NCBI RefSeq assembly: GCF_006345805.1
Contig: NC_043000.1
Span: 100,812,001 to 100,876,000, forward strand
Length of the DNA stretch: 64,000 bases
Source: Octopus sinensis
Lineage: Eukaryota
Direction: 5' to 3'
Shown: positions 1 through 14,149 of the stretch, one piece after another
Layout of the letters: every line of letters starts with the position of its first letter
How positions within the stretch are numbered: position 1 is the stretch's first letter
Made by a program: the position numbers and the translations under genes
Notes under the pieces: generated by a model
What the model saw: the letters and a program-made list of their open reading frames with translations, nothing else
Databases searched by the model: none
Told to the model about the DNA's origin: nothing

Positions 1-621
1 TGTATATATTTTCATGTTTGTATATATATACATATGTATATATATATATATATGAATGAATGCTGGCATTTGGTTACCTGTGTGTTCGTGTATATGTGTA
101 TATGCTTGTATATATGTGTGTGAGTGTGCATGCATGTATGTGTGTGTGTATGTATGTATGTATGTATGTATGTATGTATAAAAAGTCACATTCGATCACA
201 GCACCAGTAACAGTTAAGCTTCGTGCAATGGCCATACTCGATAACGAAGGGGCAGCCATAATGTATGTATGTATGCATGTTAAAGGGTTATCGTAAAATA
301 TATGTATCTACTCTACATTTTCTATGGAGTTCTATATCGGAAAATGTTTATTCACTGCACCACATACATGCATTCACCCACATATGTTTAAACACACTCA
401 CAACATTATGATTCACACACACACAATGTATCTGCATATATATATATTACACACACGCACACACACACATATATATATAAATAGATAAGTTCAGCAAAAA
501 TTTAGATTCAGATGAATATGGTGCGTAAGTTGAAGCACCAGAATTTACTACGGTATTATCCGTTCAATTTCAAAATAAGGTGATTATAATCAAAGTAAAC
601 AACAAGGATATCCCGAGGTAA

Positions 622-707
622 TGCAGTACGATCGTTTCATGATACTCCATTTAATTGAACAATGCAACCATCACATCAATTTAAATGCAGAGCAATCCTC
701 AGCTGTA
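622..707 (-). ncRNA. Minimal type-I hammerhead ribozyme motif, intact core
   Basis: Minus strand: TACAG-CTGAGGA-[long stem II: TTGCTC..CATTTAAATTGA / TTCAATTAAATG..GAGTATCAT]-GAAA-C-GATC-G-TA-CTGCA. The CUGANGA, GAAA and GUA triplet are all present, and stem III is the palindrome ACGATCGT. Confidence 0.7.
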
Positions 708-896
708 CAAAGACAGAATTTAACTAAATCAAAACAAATGGACACATTAGTATAATTTTGCCTAAAATTTCCATGAAGTTAAGGAGATTGACAAAGAACA
801 TTGTTGCCCTTTCCTCCACATAGAAGCTTTAAGTAATGTGAAATTGAGTCAAACTGTTACTAAATATTTATAACTCCAAATAAATATGTTGAGTGC

Positions 897-990
897 TCTC
901 AAGGCTTTGGTTAGCCTGAAGCCATAGTAGAAGATACTTACTCAAGGTGCCATGCAGTAGGACTGAACGCGGAACTATGTGGTTGAGAGG
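897..990 (-). mobile_element. tRNA-derived SINE family 1, 5' fragment
   Basis: Reverse complement matches the family-1 head (ACCACATGGTTCCGGGTTCAGTCCCACTGCATGGCACCTTG) seen at 18426. Confidence 0.7.
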
Positions 991-991
991 T

Positions 992-1190
992 GTGTACCAT
1001 TGGCGATTTTTTTCCGCTGTCTTCCCTTCTCTGGATCTTTCCTTCTCCTATGTTTCCGACGAAGAGCTCCGCTCGAAACGTTAAACCCTCCTTCTTTCCT
1101 TCTTTCCTGAGCGTCCAATAATACTATATTTGTTCCACGTCCTCGCGTTGTTGTGTCTTTTTGTGCTTTCTTGTTTGGATTAACTATATA
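992..1190 (+). mobile_element. Short non-coding element with hammerhead motif (GAGC-stem family), ending in (TA)n
   Basis: 1052-1086: GTTT-CCGACGA-A-GAGC-TCC-GCTC-GAAA-CG-TT-AAAC (U4>C in core). Flanks are homologous to 31420-31545. Confidence 0.65.
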
Positions 1191-1228
1191 TATATATACA
1201 TATATACATACATACATACATACATATA

Positions 1229-1280
<52 letters not shown>

Positions 1281-1659
1281 TATATTCTGTTATACATATG
1301 TGTGTGTGTAAATATACTTATAAATATATGTAAATATATATTTATAAATATCTGCCAATAATGTGTGTGTGTGTGTGTATACGTATATAAAACTGTTTCT
1401 GTGTAGCAAATTTTAAAATTTCATACATAGAGTACTGGTTAATACAAGTGTATATTGTAGAAAACATTGGCCTAAGGAACCACACATTGGAATTGAAACC
1501 AATACCACATAACTGCGAAGGAAACAACCTAACTACACAACAGTTTTTATATAAATATGCATGTTCTCAGAGAAGAAAAATGCCTACACAAAACATCTTC
1601 TCTTCTTGTCACCTCTCCATGAACAAAACATGGCAGTGCTTGAAGCCATTATAACATCC

Positions 1660-1697
1660 TATACATACCTAATACATACATACATAATACATACATG

Positions 1698-1765
<68 letters not shown>

Positions 1766-2073
1766 TATATACACATATATACATACATGTATATATATAC
1801 ATATATACATACATGTATATATATATATATACATATATACATACATGTATATATACATATATACATACATATATACATACATATATACATACATGTATAT
1901 ATATGTGTGTGTGTATAACGTGTGTATATATACACAAAAACACACACCCACACACATATATATATATTACATGTATATTATATATATATATAATATATAT
2001 ATATATACATACATATACATATATATATATGTATATATATACATATATATATATGTGTATATATATATATCTT

Positions 2074-2106
<33 letters not shown>

Positions 2107-2493
2107 ATATATATACACACACGTATATTTTTTTATGTGTGCGTGTATCTATGTGACTGAATGGGAAACAAGATTTCAGGAATAATAAAGAAATCTTCCT
2201 TTGACATATTGATATATTTCGAAGTATTAGTAGCATGTTCAGATAACTGTGATATTACACTTAGGAGACTCGTAAATGTGTGGCTTCTATTGCTAAAGCC
2301 CCTTTCTTCAATTGATTAAAAGCCACACTTTTGAGTCAACTTCAAAAACTTGTAGAAACTGTTGTTTTATATATGTATATATATAAATATATGCAAAAGC
2401 GTATATAGGTATGTATACATACTCATATACGAACATACAAACACATATATATATATACATAGGCACATACATATTCATATGGCTCTCTCTTTG

Positions 2494-2587
<94 letters not shown>

Positions 2588-2693
2588 GCACATATTTAAA
2601 TATGTGTGTCTCTATATATGTATAAATATATACAGATAGATAGCTATATACATATATATACATATATATATATATATATAGATATAGATATAT

Positions 2694-2728
<35 letters not shown>

Positions 2729-2853
2729 GTATGTTTGTACATATATATGTATGTATATTTATATACAGGTGTGTTTGTATATATGAATGAGTGTGTACAT
2801 ATGTATGTATGAATGTATGTATGTGTATATATATATATATTATATATACACAT

Positions 2854-2901
<48 letters not shown>

Positions 2902-3070
2902 GAATCCCTGCTTATGAATACCTGTCTATAAATTATGTACATATATACTAAGATGTATACACAGGAAGACATACATACAAACATACATCCATCTATCCAG
3001 CCACAAAGATACATACATCCCTCCCGCCATATACATACATACGTACATACATATATACATACATATATGC
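1660..3070. repeat. Compound (TA)n/(CATA)n/(CA)n microsatellite field
   Basis: Read directly; a short unique interval lies near 2160-2360. Confidence 0.95.
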
Positions 3071-3334
3071 ATGCAGTTTATATCATTTCTGGCTCAACTA
3101 GTTATATCAATATGGTAGTAAATATTTTTCAGCAAACTCTTGGTCTATTTTTTTCTTTCTCTCCTTTTATTTTATTTTTTTTTATTACTTTTTTTTCTTT
3201 TACTTTTTCATTCTTCTCCTCTATTCTTTACATACAGGATATAAAAGTCTGTTTGGAAACATTCTTTGTTTGTCTTGTTATTAGTCTTTTGAGAGAGAAT
3301 TTAGAAATACTAGAAGCAAACAAACAAACAAATA

Positions 3335-3374
<40 letters not shown>

Positions 3375-3430
3375 GAAGAAGAAGAAGAAGAAGAAGAAGA
3401 ACAACAACAACAACAACAACAATGATGGTG

Positions 3431-3469
<39 letters not shown>

Positions 3470-3495
3470 TTAATAATAATAATAATGATAATATA
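3335..3495. repeat. (AAT)n-(AAG)n-(AAC)n trinucleotide array
   Basis: Read directly. Confidence 0.95.
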
Positions 3496-3918
3496 ACCAA
3501 GGAGATTGACAAAGAAGGAAAAACACTGACATCGTCTTTAAACAAAAAGGAATTTTGCTATGTATCTATTTTTGCCAACCGAATAAGACTTAACAGTTGA
3601 TTGATTTTTCTGAGACTCTTTTGCATTAGAATGTTGGATTTTTAACATCTTTCCAAAATATCTCACCTATTCTCCTAATGGCATCCGTCTCTTTCATCAG
3701 CACACTACCAGCTATCTGTCTATCTATGAGGGTGTATACATATACATACATATATATATATATTATATATATATATACACTCACACTCACACACACATAA
3801 CTATATATATATATATATGTATATATATATGCACACATATATACACACGCACATACATACACATGCCTTTCTTTTCCTTTGTTCATGTGAATGATTTCAT
3901 TTATTGATTTATTTATTA

Positions 3919-3952
<34 letters not shown>

Positions 3953-4699
3953 TACTCATATGTTTATGTCAGCGGTGAGTGACACAATTTGATAGTTTTA
4001 GACAAAATATCTCACACTATTTGATTATGTCTTTTTACATTCGAAGTTCACTTCAAGACAAAGTTCAACCTGTTTTTTGCACCTTTTGGTGCTGATAAAC
4101 TGGTGGATCTTTACTCTGGCTTGTCAATGAGCATTCATCTGCTTAATCAATTGAGCACCTACTCATCAAATTAAATTATAAATGACTTAGTTTCTCACAG
4201 ACAAATGTAGCATTAAGAAAATGCTCAGGTTGAACCAGAGCTTTAGGCTCTTTTGTTAATGTATTTCTGATGAAATACACTGTCTTTGCTTTGATTAATT
4301 TTGAAAATAAGGAAGAATTTTATAAAATAATTTTGTCATTATTAATCTGGTGTTTGGAACATAAATTAACATGAAATTTCAATGAAAGGTTTTAATGAAG
4401 ATCTTTATAAACCAAGGAATTTGTATAATAGAACTAAGGGAAGTTCCAGACAGTTTGGTACCAAAAGGAACAGACATGATCCAAAGAGAAACTGATAGAA
4501 GAATTAATTTTGGTACTTGAGTAGTATTTTATTTACCAGCATCAAACAAAAAATTGCAAAGCTGACCCTGCAGAATTTGAACCCCAAGTACCTACAGTCA
4601 GAAGACATAGACCAAAGCAGTTTATCTAACATGCTAATGACTTTTCTGATTCATTGTCTCCTGATAAAAATAACAGTCAAATGGAAAGGATAAAGGGTA

Positions 4700-5025
4700 A
4701 AGACCCCCTGTGGTCATGAAAGATCATGGAATTGCACCTAGAAAGTTTCCCTCCCAGACACAAGTCCAGGCAAAGTTGTTCATAGAAGACCAGCAGTCAC
4801 CCATGCATACTAGCCTACCCTCTCCAAGCCACCAATGTTATCCAAGGGGAAGGCAAAGGCTGATACAGCTTGGCACCAGAGAGGGCAAAAGTCATTTCTA
4901 CAACTGAGTAAACAGAAGCAACATGAAATAAAAACACATCACACTAGTTTGATGTGTTTGAGAATTGAACTCATACCTCCCATTTGTGAGCCCGACACTC
5001 TAACCATTGGGCCATGCATCTTCAC
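4700..5025 (-). mobile_element. tRNA-derived SINE family 4, near full length
   Basis: tRNA-like head on the minus strand (TGGCCCAATGGTTAGAGTG ... GAGTTCAATTC). Tail GGTGCAATTCCATGATCTTTCATGACCACAGGGGGTCT matches the tail near 53280-53320. Confidence 0.75.
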
Positions 5026-5603
5026 AACAGTCAAATAAGGGGAGATAATTTGACTGTAAACCTTCTGACTCTGCACAAAACTTATGACTTTGTACCAGTA
5101 GTATAGCTGCTGGGGGCAAGGCACAGTTCACCCTGTGTAACACTTTTATGGAAGTGGCACTTTTAGATTTGTTTTATAAGACTGTATAGGCTTGGGCACA
5201 CAAGGAGATGAAGGGCAACTTCAAAAGCTGCCCTTGGCAATACACACTGTAGCCATTCCATTGCTTTGCGCCAGTTACAGGAATTGATAGTAGTTTTTAA
5301 AGGGTTGTGGTTTGTTAGAGAATCAGTTGAGCATTCAACAAAATGCCTTGCAGTATGTAGTTGCAACTATTAACACTCTGGGTTCAAAACCACCTCACTT
5401 GACTTCACCATCAAGTGTTTCAGGGTCAGTAAAATAAAGTACCTGTCAACTGATATAATAAATCTATATTCTACCCACAAGATTTAACATCCTGTGCTTC
5501 TGTTGGAAAGGATTGTGAGAGCACCGGAAAAAATGCCTGAAGTTCTTAGCAGTAAATGTCCTGGCTCTAAGTTCAAATCATGCTACAATCAACTTGTGAA
5601 ATC

Positions 5604-5980
5604 AACCTTTGATGAGAGCAATGTGTGGTGTGAAACTATTGGATAAAAGGAGGGCTGTGGGATTCTGGGGTTGGAGGAATCGGTGGAGCAGCTGGCAAGG
5701 ACAAATCAAGTGTGGTGGTATGGACATGTGTTGAGGAATGCTGAGGATCATGTTCTGAGGAGAGTGCTCGAGTTTAAAATGAATGAACCATGAAAGCGAG
5801 GTTGGCCAAAGAAAACGTGGAGGAGACAGGTGGAGGAGGAGATTGAGAGAGTTGGCTTCAGGAGGGAGGACACCCAAAACTGGACGAGATGGTGAGATGG
5901 TATGAGAGTAGTCACTGTAAAAGTGAGGTAGATCCGGTCACCCCTGTTAACAGGGACAAAACTGGAATTCACCATCATCA
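5604..5980 (+). mobile_element. RTE-clade LINE, 3' end of ORF (decayed)
   Basis: Translation RAMCGVKLLDKR...WWYGHVLRNAEDHVLRRVLEF...KRGWPKKTWRRQVEEE resembles the RTE C-terminus (RWYGHV, RGRPKKTW). It contains stops and a frameshift. Confidence 0.8.
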
Positions 5981-6138
5981 TCACAATTGATAAAGTATTA
6001 AATCAAGAACTGGAGTCAATGATATCGCCTAACCCACTCTTCAAAATGACTAGCCTTGTAACTAAATTTTGAAAGAAAAATAGTTATGATGAATTACAAA
6101 CTTGGTAAAGGGACAAATACAATGTATTGCAAATTTTG

Positions 6139-6173
<35 letters not shown>

Positions 6174-7081
6174 AAAGTTATGTTCTAAGTAAGGTGGTGA
6201 ACTAGTAGAATTGTTACCATGCCTGATAAAATGCTTAGTAGCATTTCTGCTGGCTTTTGTTCTGAGATTAAATGCTGTGAAGGTCAGTTTTACTTTTAAT
6301 CCTTTTGTGATCAACAACATAAGTTACCAGTCAAGTATTGGAGTTGATGTAATCGACAAGCCTCTGACCAAAAGTTTCCGGCCTTGTGCCTGTGGTAGAA
6401 ATGATTTATGTTCTGAGTAAAATATTCCAATGAATTCCACCTTGTTTTTCACTGTGCAGTGGTTCATTGCAATAAATATAAGTGAGCATCAATTTCATTG
6501 ACACTATGAGTACCTCAGATTTCTGACATTGCACACTTTTGTTACAAATTTTGATATTCTGAGTTCAAATCCTTCTCAGGTCAACTTTTCTTTTCATCCC
6601 ACAAGGTTCGTTAAAACATTAAGTATCACTCAAATACTGGGGTCAGTCTAATTAACTAACTAAAATCCAGACTTACTGGCCACTCAGAATTACTGGCCTT
6701 GTGGCAAAATCAGAATCATTATGATTATGATTATTATTATTGAGGGTACATAGCCTAGTGGTTAGAGTGTTGCAGTCATGATTGTGAGATCATGGTTTCA
6801 ATTCCTAGACCAGGTGGTACTTTGTATTCTTCAGCAAAACACTTAATTTCACATTGCTCTGTGATCACTTCAACACCTGTCGTGTGGTATTCTGTGCACC
6901 TTTATCAGGTAATGTTGATTTGATGAAGGCAGTGAGCTGATAGAAATGTTAGCATGTACCTGTCTTTACATTATTTTTTACCTTTTCGTTTTCTGCTTTT
7001 CATTTTCTGTTTTTCTATATGCTTCCTTCTCAATTTTGTGCTTTTCTTTTCTCATTCAATTTTTAGTTTGTTATATGTGGT

Positions 7082-7140
7082 ATGTGTCTGATGAATATGT
7101 TTCAGATATTTCTCAACACATGAAACTTTTAGTAGCACAT
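7082..7140 (+). ncRNA. Minimal type-I hammerhead ribozyme motif, intact core
   Basis: ATGTGT(7082-87)-CTGATGA(7088-94)-ATATGT..ACACAT (stem II, 5/6 bp)-GAAA(7122-25)-CT-TTT-A-GTA(7132-34)-GCACAT(7135-40). Stem I is 6 bp with one GU pair. Confidence 0.7.
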
Positions 7141-7229
7141 AACATGCGTTATATCTATTAAATAATATTTATCTCTCAACAGATGGAATACTGCTTTTTG
7201 TTGATCTTACCCTTACAGAACTGTACATT

Positions 7230-7475
7230 ATATATATTTATATATATATGTGTATGTGTGTAGATAAATAGATAGATAGATAGATAGATGTATTATTTTT
7301 AATCAGGAGTGGTTACAGAATAACTGAAGAGCTGAGAGTTTCATAATGTTCTTACACATACACACGCAGACACACACATAAATATGTACATACATATATA
7401 TACATCTATATATATATATACACATATATATATATATATATACATCTATATATATATATATAGATATATATATAT

Positions 7476-7507
<32 letters not shown>

Positions 7508-7880
7508 ACATATATATTATATATATATATATATATATACACCAATATACATATATATATATAAATATATATATATATAATATATATATATATACACACC
7601 AACACTCACGCACACACACACACACACACAACACACACACCCACACACACACAACACACACACACACATGCACACATAGTTATTCGAGGTGTCATCATAT
7701 GCATTTATATGAAAAGATACAGAACACTTCAAAAGCTTGTTACTGGAAAGAATACACATACAAACACACAGACACACACACACACATACATACAAACACA
7801 CAGGCACACACACACATATACATACAAACACACAGGCACACACACACACACATACATACACACACACAGACATACACGTG
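7230..7880. repeat. Compound (TA)n/(GATA)n/(CA)n microsatellite
   Basis: Read directly. Confidence 0.95.
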
Positions 7881-8289
7881 ACAGTCCAAATTTCTGCATA
7901 CTAAGCAAATATATATATTGAGAATATAAACTAAAGAATGTAAAGTAAAGAAATGAATATCATTATGAGTATTTAATAATCTTCTGAAGCAGTGTCTGTT
8001 TGATCTTTATTAATCTGTTTAAAATTGTTAAATACTTATATAATATACTTTTGCCACATATCATATATATATAGGATAAAAGTTTAGAAAAATAAAAGTA
8101 AAATATATCATGAAAAACCAAATTAATACTTGATGTATTTGTCGTTCACTCTCAGAGTAGGAGAGACAACTCCGAGCAAGTTTCAGTCTAATTCTGACCT
8201 CTTTATCTTTCAATGTAATTATTAAAGTAGCAGTAAGAGAATCGCTACATGAATATACAAGATTGAAAACAATCGTAGTGAGGATATTC

Positions 8290-8321
8290 ATCTTCATAAT
8301 CATCATCATCATCATCATCAA

Positions 8322-8354
<33 letters not shown>

Positions 8355-8700
8355 TTCTTCTTCTACTTCTTATCATCATGAAAGAACATGGCAGTGGTGG
8401 TGGTGATGGTGGTAGTGGTGGTGGTGTTGGTTTTGGTAGTGATGGTGGTGTTGGTGGCGGTGGTGGTGGTGGTGGTGGTGGTTGTGGTGGTGATAAGGAT
8501 GCTGAAGACAGTGGTGGTGGCAGTAGTGATGGTGGCAGTAGCAGTCACATTGAATGATGAGAATAAAAAAGGATGATGATGAAGGTAGTGGTGATAGTGG
8601 TGGTGATGGTAGCGGCGGCGGTGGTGTTGGTGGTCATGGAAGTGGGTGATTGCGATAGTGGTCGCGATACTGGCATTCACGAAACAGATAATAATGATGA
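8290..8700. repeat. (CAT)n-(CTT)n-(GGT)n trinucleotide low-complexity tract
   Basis: Read directly. Confidence 0.9.
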
Positions 8701-8900
8701 TGATACAAAAATAGATGCTACCGATTCTGATTCCTAAAGAGCATTTTTTTTCATTGTTTTCAATTTTTTATGCAAGAATATTCTTCTGGAAGTAACATAG
8801 AAACACCAAAATCTTGGATAGGAAGATAATCCGTTTAAGCATCGATCGATTTGGTTGAAAAGAAAAATATCTCCCTCTACCTCAACAAACGATGATGATG

Positions 8901-8946
<46 letters not shown>

Positions 8947-9079
8947 TAAACAATGAGACAGTTCATCTTGACAAAAAATATTACTAAATAAGTAAAAGAA
9001 ATATGTAAAAAAATATGAAATAAAAGTAAGATAAAATCAAACAAAGAAAGGACAAAGAAGTAAACAAAGGTGTACATAA

Positions 9080-10240
<1,161 letters not shown>

Positions 10241-10642
10241 TTAAATGCATGTTAGTATGTATGAGTTTGTAGTTGTTTGTATGCATATGGGTGTATTTTT
10301 TCTTTTTGAACATGCATTTGTGCATGTAATGTGCTTATGTTTATATATACATGTCCATGTTTGTGCACACAAACAGGTATTTAATGCATTTGAATGTTGT
10401 TTGTTTTAATATTTGTATTAGCCAGTACATGTGTTTATGTATACATATACACAAGGTGCATTCTGGAAGGTTTGTGACTCTCACAGTAGAGACATTTACA
10501 AATCTCAAGGAAGTACAAAACTCTAATCTCCCTCAATGTAACAGTCCTCTGACTTCAGTGCACTTATAACACTCCAGCCACTTCGTGACCACCGCCATAG
10601 ATCACCTCCAATGAGAAGGTGCCCAAACCTCTGGTATACATG

Positions 10643-10871
10643 TTTCTTTACTACCCACAAGGGGCTAAACACAGAGGGGACAAACAAGGACAGACAAACG
10701 GATTAAGTCGATTATATCGACCCCAGTGCGTAACTGGTACTTAATTTATCGACCCTCAAAGGATGAAAGGCAAAGTCAACCTCGGCGGAATTTGAACTCA
10801 GAATGTAACGGCATACGAAATATGGCTACGCATTTCGCCCGGCGGGCTAATGACTCTGCCAGCTCACTTGC
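10643..10871 (-). mobile_element. tRNA-derived SINE family 2, full length
   Basis: Minus strand: GAGCTGGCAGAGTCATTAGC head, box B-like GAGTTCAAATTCC, body CTTTCATCCTTTGAGGGTCGATAAATTAAGTACCAG, tail GTAGTAAAGAAA. Confidence 0.9.
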
Positions 10872-10874
10872 CTC

Positions 10875-11290
10875 TTGTATACAATCTCCATCTTTTCCTT
10901 CTGGCTGGGGAACAACTGAAAGTCACAGCATGCAAGGTCAGGATTGCAGGCAGGGTGAGGGACAGTTTTTGATGCCTGTTTCTGTCAAGTTGTTGGTTTC
11001 TAAGACAGAACTGTGAACTGGTGCTTTATCCTTGTGCAGGTAGATCAGGTGCATCATGAAATGTCTTCCTGAAATCCCTCAACACCTACACAAAGTACTC
11101 TTTAACTGTTTGGCCACAGGGATGTGAATGACGTCCTTGCTACTGAAAAAGGGGATCATCACGAACTTCTCAGTGGGCTTGTTTTGTCTGGCCTCTTCTG
11201 CCAGTGTAAAACAGATACTTGACTCACACATATTGATCCATTAGCAATCTGGATCATTTGATAAGTTTCTGGAACATTTTTGCTCAGTCA
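10875..11290 (-). pseudogene. Mariner (DD34D) transposase relic
   Basis: Minus strand LHKDKAPVH ... IKTVPHPACNPDLACCDF after one frameshift. There are 34 residues between the catalytic-position aspartates, and the motifs correspond to HQDNAP / YSPDLAPCDF. Confidence 0.8.
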
Positions 11291-11525
11291 TTTAGCATTC
11301 AGATTTAGCATTCAGATTTCTTTGAGAAATATCTTGCTGATATCTTCACATCGTTTTGAATTAATCGTACATTATCTTGTGGCTTCAAGATTTCAGTTGG
11401 TGCGTTTATACATTTTTAGAATAACATTGTAGAGTAGGTGTGAGAGGTTGCATCCGGCTCAGTTTTAATGTAAAACAGGTAGAATATTAGGGCCCGATAT
11501 GGCTAGGTTAAACATTAAAGCCTTA
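11290..11525 (+). mobile_element. piggyBac-like MITE family copy (decayed)
   Basis: Homologous to 55545-55722, 62935-63115 and 63840-64000. The family ends read TTAACCC(T)TTAGCATT ... AATGCTAAAGGGTTAA. Confidence 0.5.
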
Positions 11526-11793
11526 ACAAAACTTCTTTGCATAGCGAGCTAGTCCTAACTGAATTCTGTGAACTAGTTCAGCTGTGTTTAATTAGGTGTG
11601 TTTAAAGTGCCGTTACAGCAATCTTTATCAATCTGGAATAACAAAAGTTGGTAGGTCAGCCTAATAGCTGTATAGTAATGATATGCTAAATTTACAGTAA
11701 TCTAGGAGTTATAACAGCCTCCCCTCAAAAAGTCTCAAATGTTCTGGTATGTACAGTGTATGTAATATTACAACACCACACCACACACACACC

Positions 11794-11827
<34 letters not shown>

Positions 11828-11904
11828 TTATATTTATATTTATGCACATACATGCACGTATATACATACATTTATACATATATTAGAACACTCACACACA
11901 TAAA

Positions 11905-11966
11905 ATTTGGTAGACAGAAGCTGAAAGAAGCCCATTCTATATATATATATATATTTACACATATAT

Positions 11967-12013
<47 letters not shown>

Positions 12014-12234
12014 ATATAATTTTGTGTATGCCAGTTGTCTTTGTTTGTCCCCCACCCCCACCATCACTCAACAACTAATGCTGGTGTGTTTGCATCCCCA
12101 TAAATTAGCGGTCGGCAAAAGAGTCCGATAAAATAAGTACTAGGCTTACAAAGAATAAGTCCTGGGGTCAATTTCTTCAACTAAAGGCGGTGCTCTAGCA
12201 TGGCTGCAGTCAAATGACTGAAACAAGTAAAGAG
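11905..12234 (+). mobile_element. SINE family 1, 3' half with internal (TA)n
   Basis: GGTAGACAGAAGCTGAAAGAAGCCC, (TA)n, then the tail GGCGGTGCTCTAGCATGGCTGCAGTCAAATGACTGAAACAAGTAAAG. Confidence 0.85.
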
Positions 12235-12268
<34 letters not shown>

Positions 12269-12381
12269 AAAGGTAAGATCCAAGGATCTAAGTGTAAGAA
12301 GTTTCAATCAAATCTTATGCAAGTTAACATGGGATTCTTGATGACAATGCAGTGTGACCTTCATTTGACTAACGTATCTAT

Positions 12382-12464
12382 GGCCTGATGAGTAAATAGT
12401 GGAGTACCCCTCGTTGAATAATTACTACCTCTAAGATTCTGCTAGCTACGAAACATATGTAGCC
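12382..12464 (+). ncRNA. Minimal type-I hammerhead ribozyme motif, fully canonical core
   Basis: GGC(12382-84)-CTGATGA(12385-91)-GTA..TAC (G10.1-C11.1)-GAAA(12450-53)-C-ATAT-GTA(12459-61)-GCC(12462-64). Stem III is the palindrome ACATATGT. Confidence 0.75.
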
Positions 12465-12526
12465 TGGATTTTACCTACTCCATTCCCTAAATTTGTAAAT
12501 ATATGTGTGTGTGTGTGTAAGTATAC

Positions 12527-12558
<32 letters not shown>

Positions 12559-12703
12559 TTTATTTTATAGAAGGAGCTTCTACAGGACTAGAACTGTTTC
12601 ATTCAAATGAAATCATCAGGAAGCTTGCTGTCAAAATAAGTTCTGGCATTTATACATTTAGGGACAGATTTTAATTATATATATATATATATATAATGTA
12701 TGA

Positions 12704-12836
12704 GTGGGTGGACAAATGAAAGAAAGATGCACTCAGCACACACAGTAGTTGATGCATATATTTGTGTTTCATGGCCTGCATGTCCCTTCAAAGACTGATC
12801 AAAGAGCAAGGTGCCTCTAGCTTCCTGTCCACCCAC
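12704..12836. repeat. Small element bounded by an 11-bp inverted repeat (possible MITE)
   Basis: GTGGGTGGACA (12704-14) / TGTCCACCCAC (12826-36). Confidence 0.35.
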
Positions 12837-13048
12837 ACAGTTCAAGAAATTCTCCTTTTTAATGCACCAGTTGTTGTTGTTGGAATGTCAATCATACTTT
12901 TAACACCATGTGTCCAACCTTGATCAATAGCAGCCCAGTTTCCAATAGCAATCTTGGACTTCCTGCATCTCTCCATTCCATTAACTGAGCTCCACAAGCA
13001 AGGTTTCTGTAACTTTAAATCACACAGGGCCAAATCAAACTGTTTTAA

Positions 13049-13088
<40 letters not shown>

Positions 13089-13213
13089 GCAACCTTGGAG
13101 AAAACACTCCAAGCCCCAAACGAGAGGGGCAGAGACCCTGCTGCCTTGGTGGACTACCTTGATAGAGATGGTGTCTCAATAAGACACATGCAAAGCATAC
13201 AAAGGTACAAATA

Positions 13214-13260
<47 letters not shown>

Positions 13261-14149
13261 ACTTTCTATTATAGGCACAAGGCCTGAAATTTTAGGGAAG
13301 GGAATAAGTTGATTACATAGATTTATTTCATTAACCATGAAAGGATAAAAGGCAAAGTAGACTTTGGTAGAATTTGATCTTAGGACTTAAGGAAGGATGA
13401 AATCCCGCAAATCATTTTGCCTGGTGTGCTAATGTATCTGCCAGTTCACTGCCTTAATAATAATGATGATAATACACACACACACACATGCATGTATTAT
13501 ATATGCAAACACATATATATACTTTTGTCCGTTCATGTATATGTGTAACTATTTATCTAAACATAAATTCATAATATGTGTATACATTCAGAAATGATAC
13601 ATACACATACACAGATGCGTACATGCATGCCTACTTACATACATACATACATACATACACATACATACTTTCTTGCATATATAATACATACGTTCACAAA
13701 TCATAATTGCATGCATCCATTATACATACATACATACATATATACATATATACATTACATTGCAATACATGACTACACTGCAGGTATATATGCATACATA
13801 CATAAGCATTCAGTTTCAATTATGTCGTTATCCTTAATTAAGATGCACAAGCATTATCTACAGACACATTTGAAGCTATACATGTCAACAGACATAAGCT
13901 ACATGATAATATTTATATTCATAGTCATGGTTCTATGCTATATTTAATACATACAGACATCGTGTTTCAATCATTGTCATACACGAGATTTTATTCACCT
14001 ATTAATATATTGTCTTATTATTGAACTAGTGGGAGACTTCTATGTCATTGTTTGGCCACTTAGAAATAGCAGTTAAATTTTTCTGATGTGCCCCTTCATC
14101 ACCATCATCATCATCATCATCATTATTTAACGTCTGTTGTCCATTTCTT

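Noticed and set aside
7067-7079. 13-nt neural-type microexon (long pyrimidine tract with TGC motifs, AG..GTATGT)
   Set aside because: The donor overlaps hammerhead stem I, and the same tract-plus-ribozyme layout recurs in other elements. It is better explained as part of a mobile element and is kept only as a cryptic-site idea.
12575-12630. Hammerhead-like motif on the minus strand (CTGATGA-TTTCATTTGAAT-GAAACAGTT)
   Set aside because: Stem I cannot be formed, so it is not counted as supported.
13088-13212. Coding-looking stretch ATLEKTLQAPNERGRDPAALVDYLDRDGVSIR
   Set aside because: There is no usable acceptor (it is preceded by (AAT)n) and no recognisable family; it may be an unidentified retroelement fragment.
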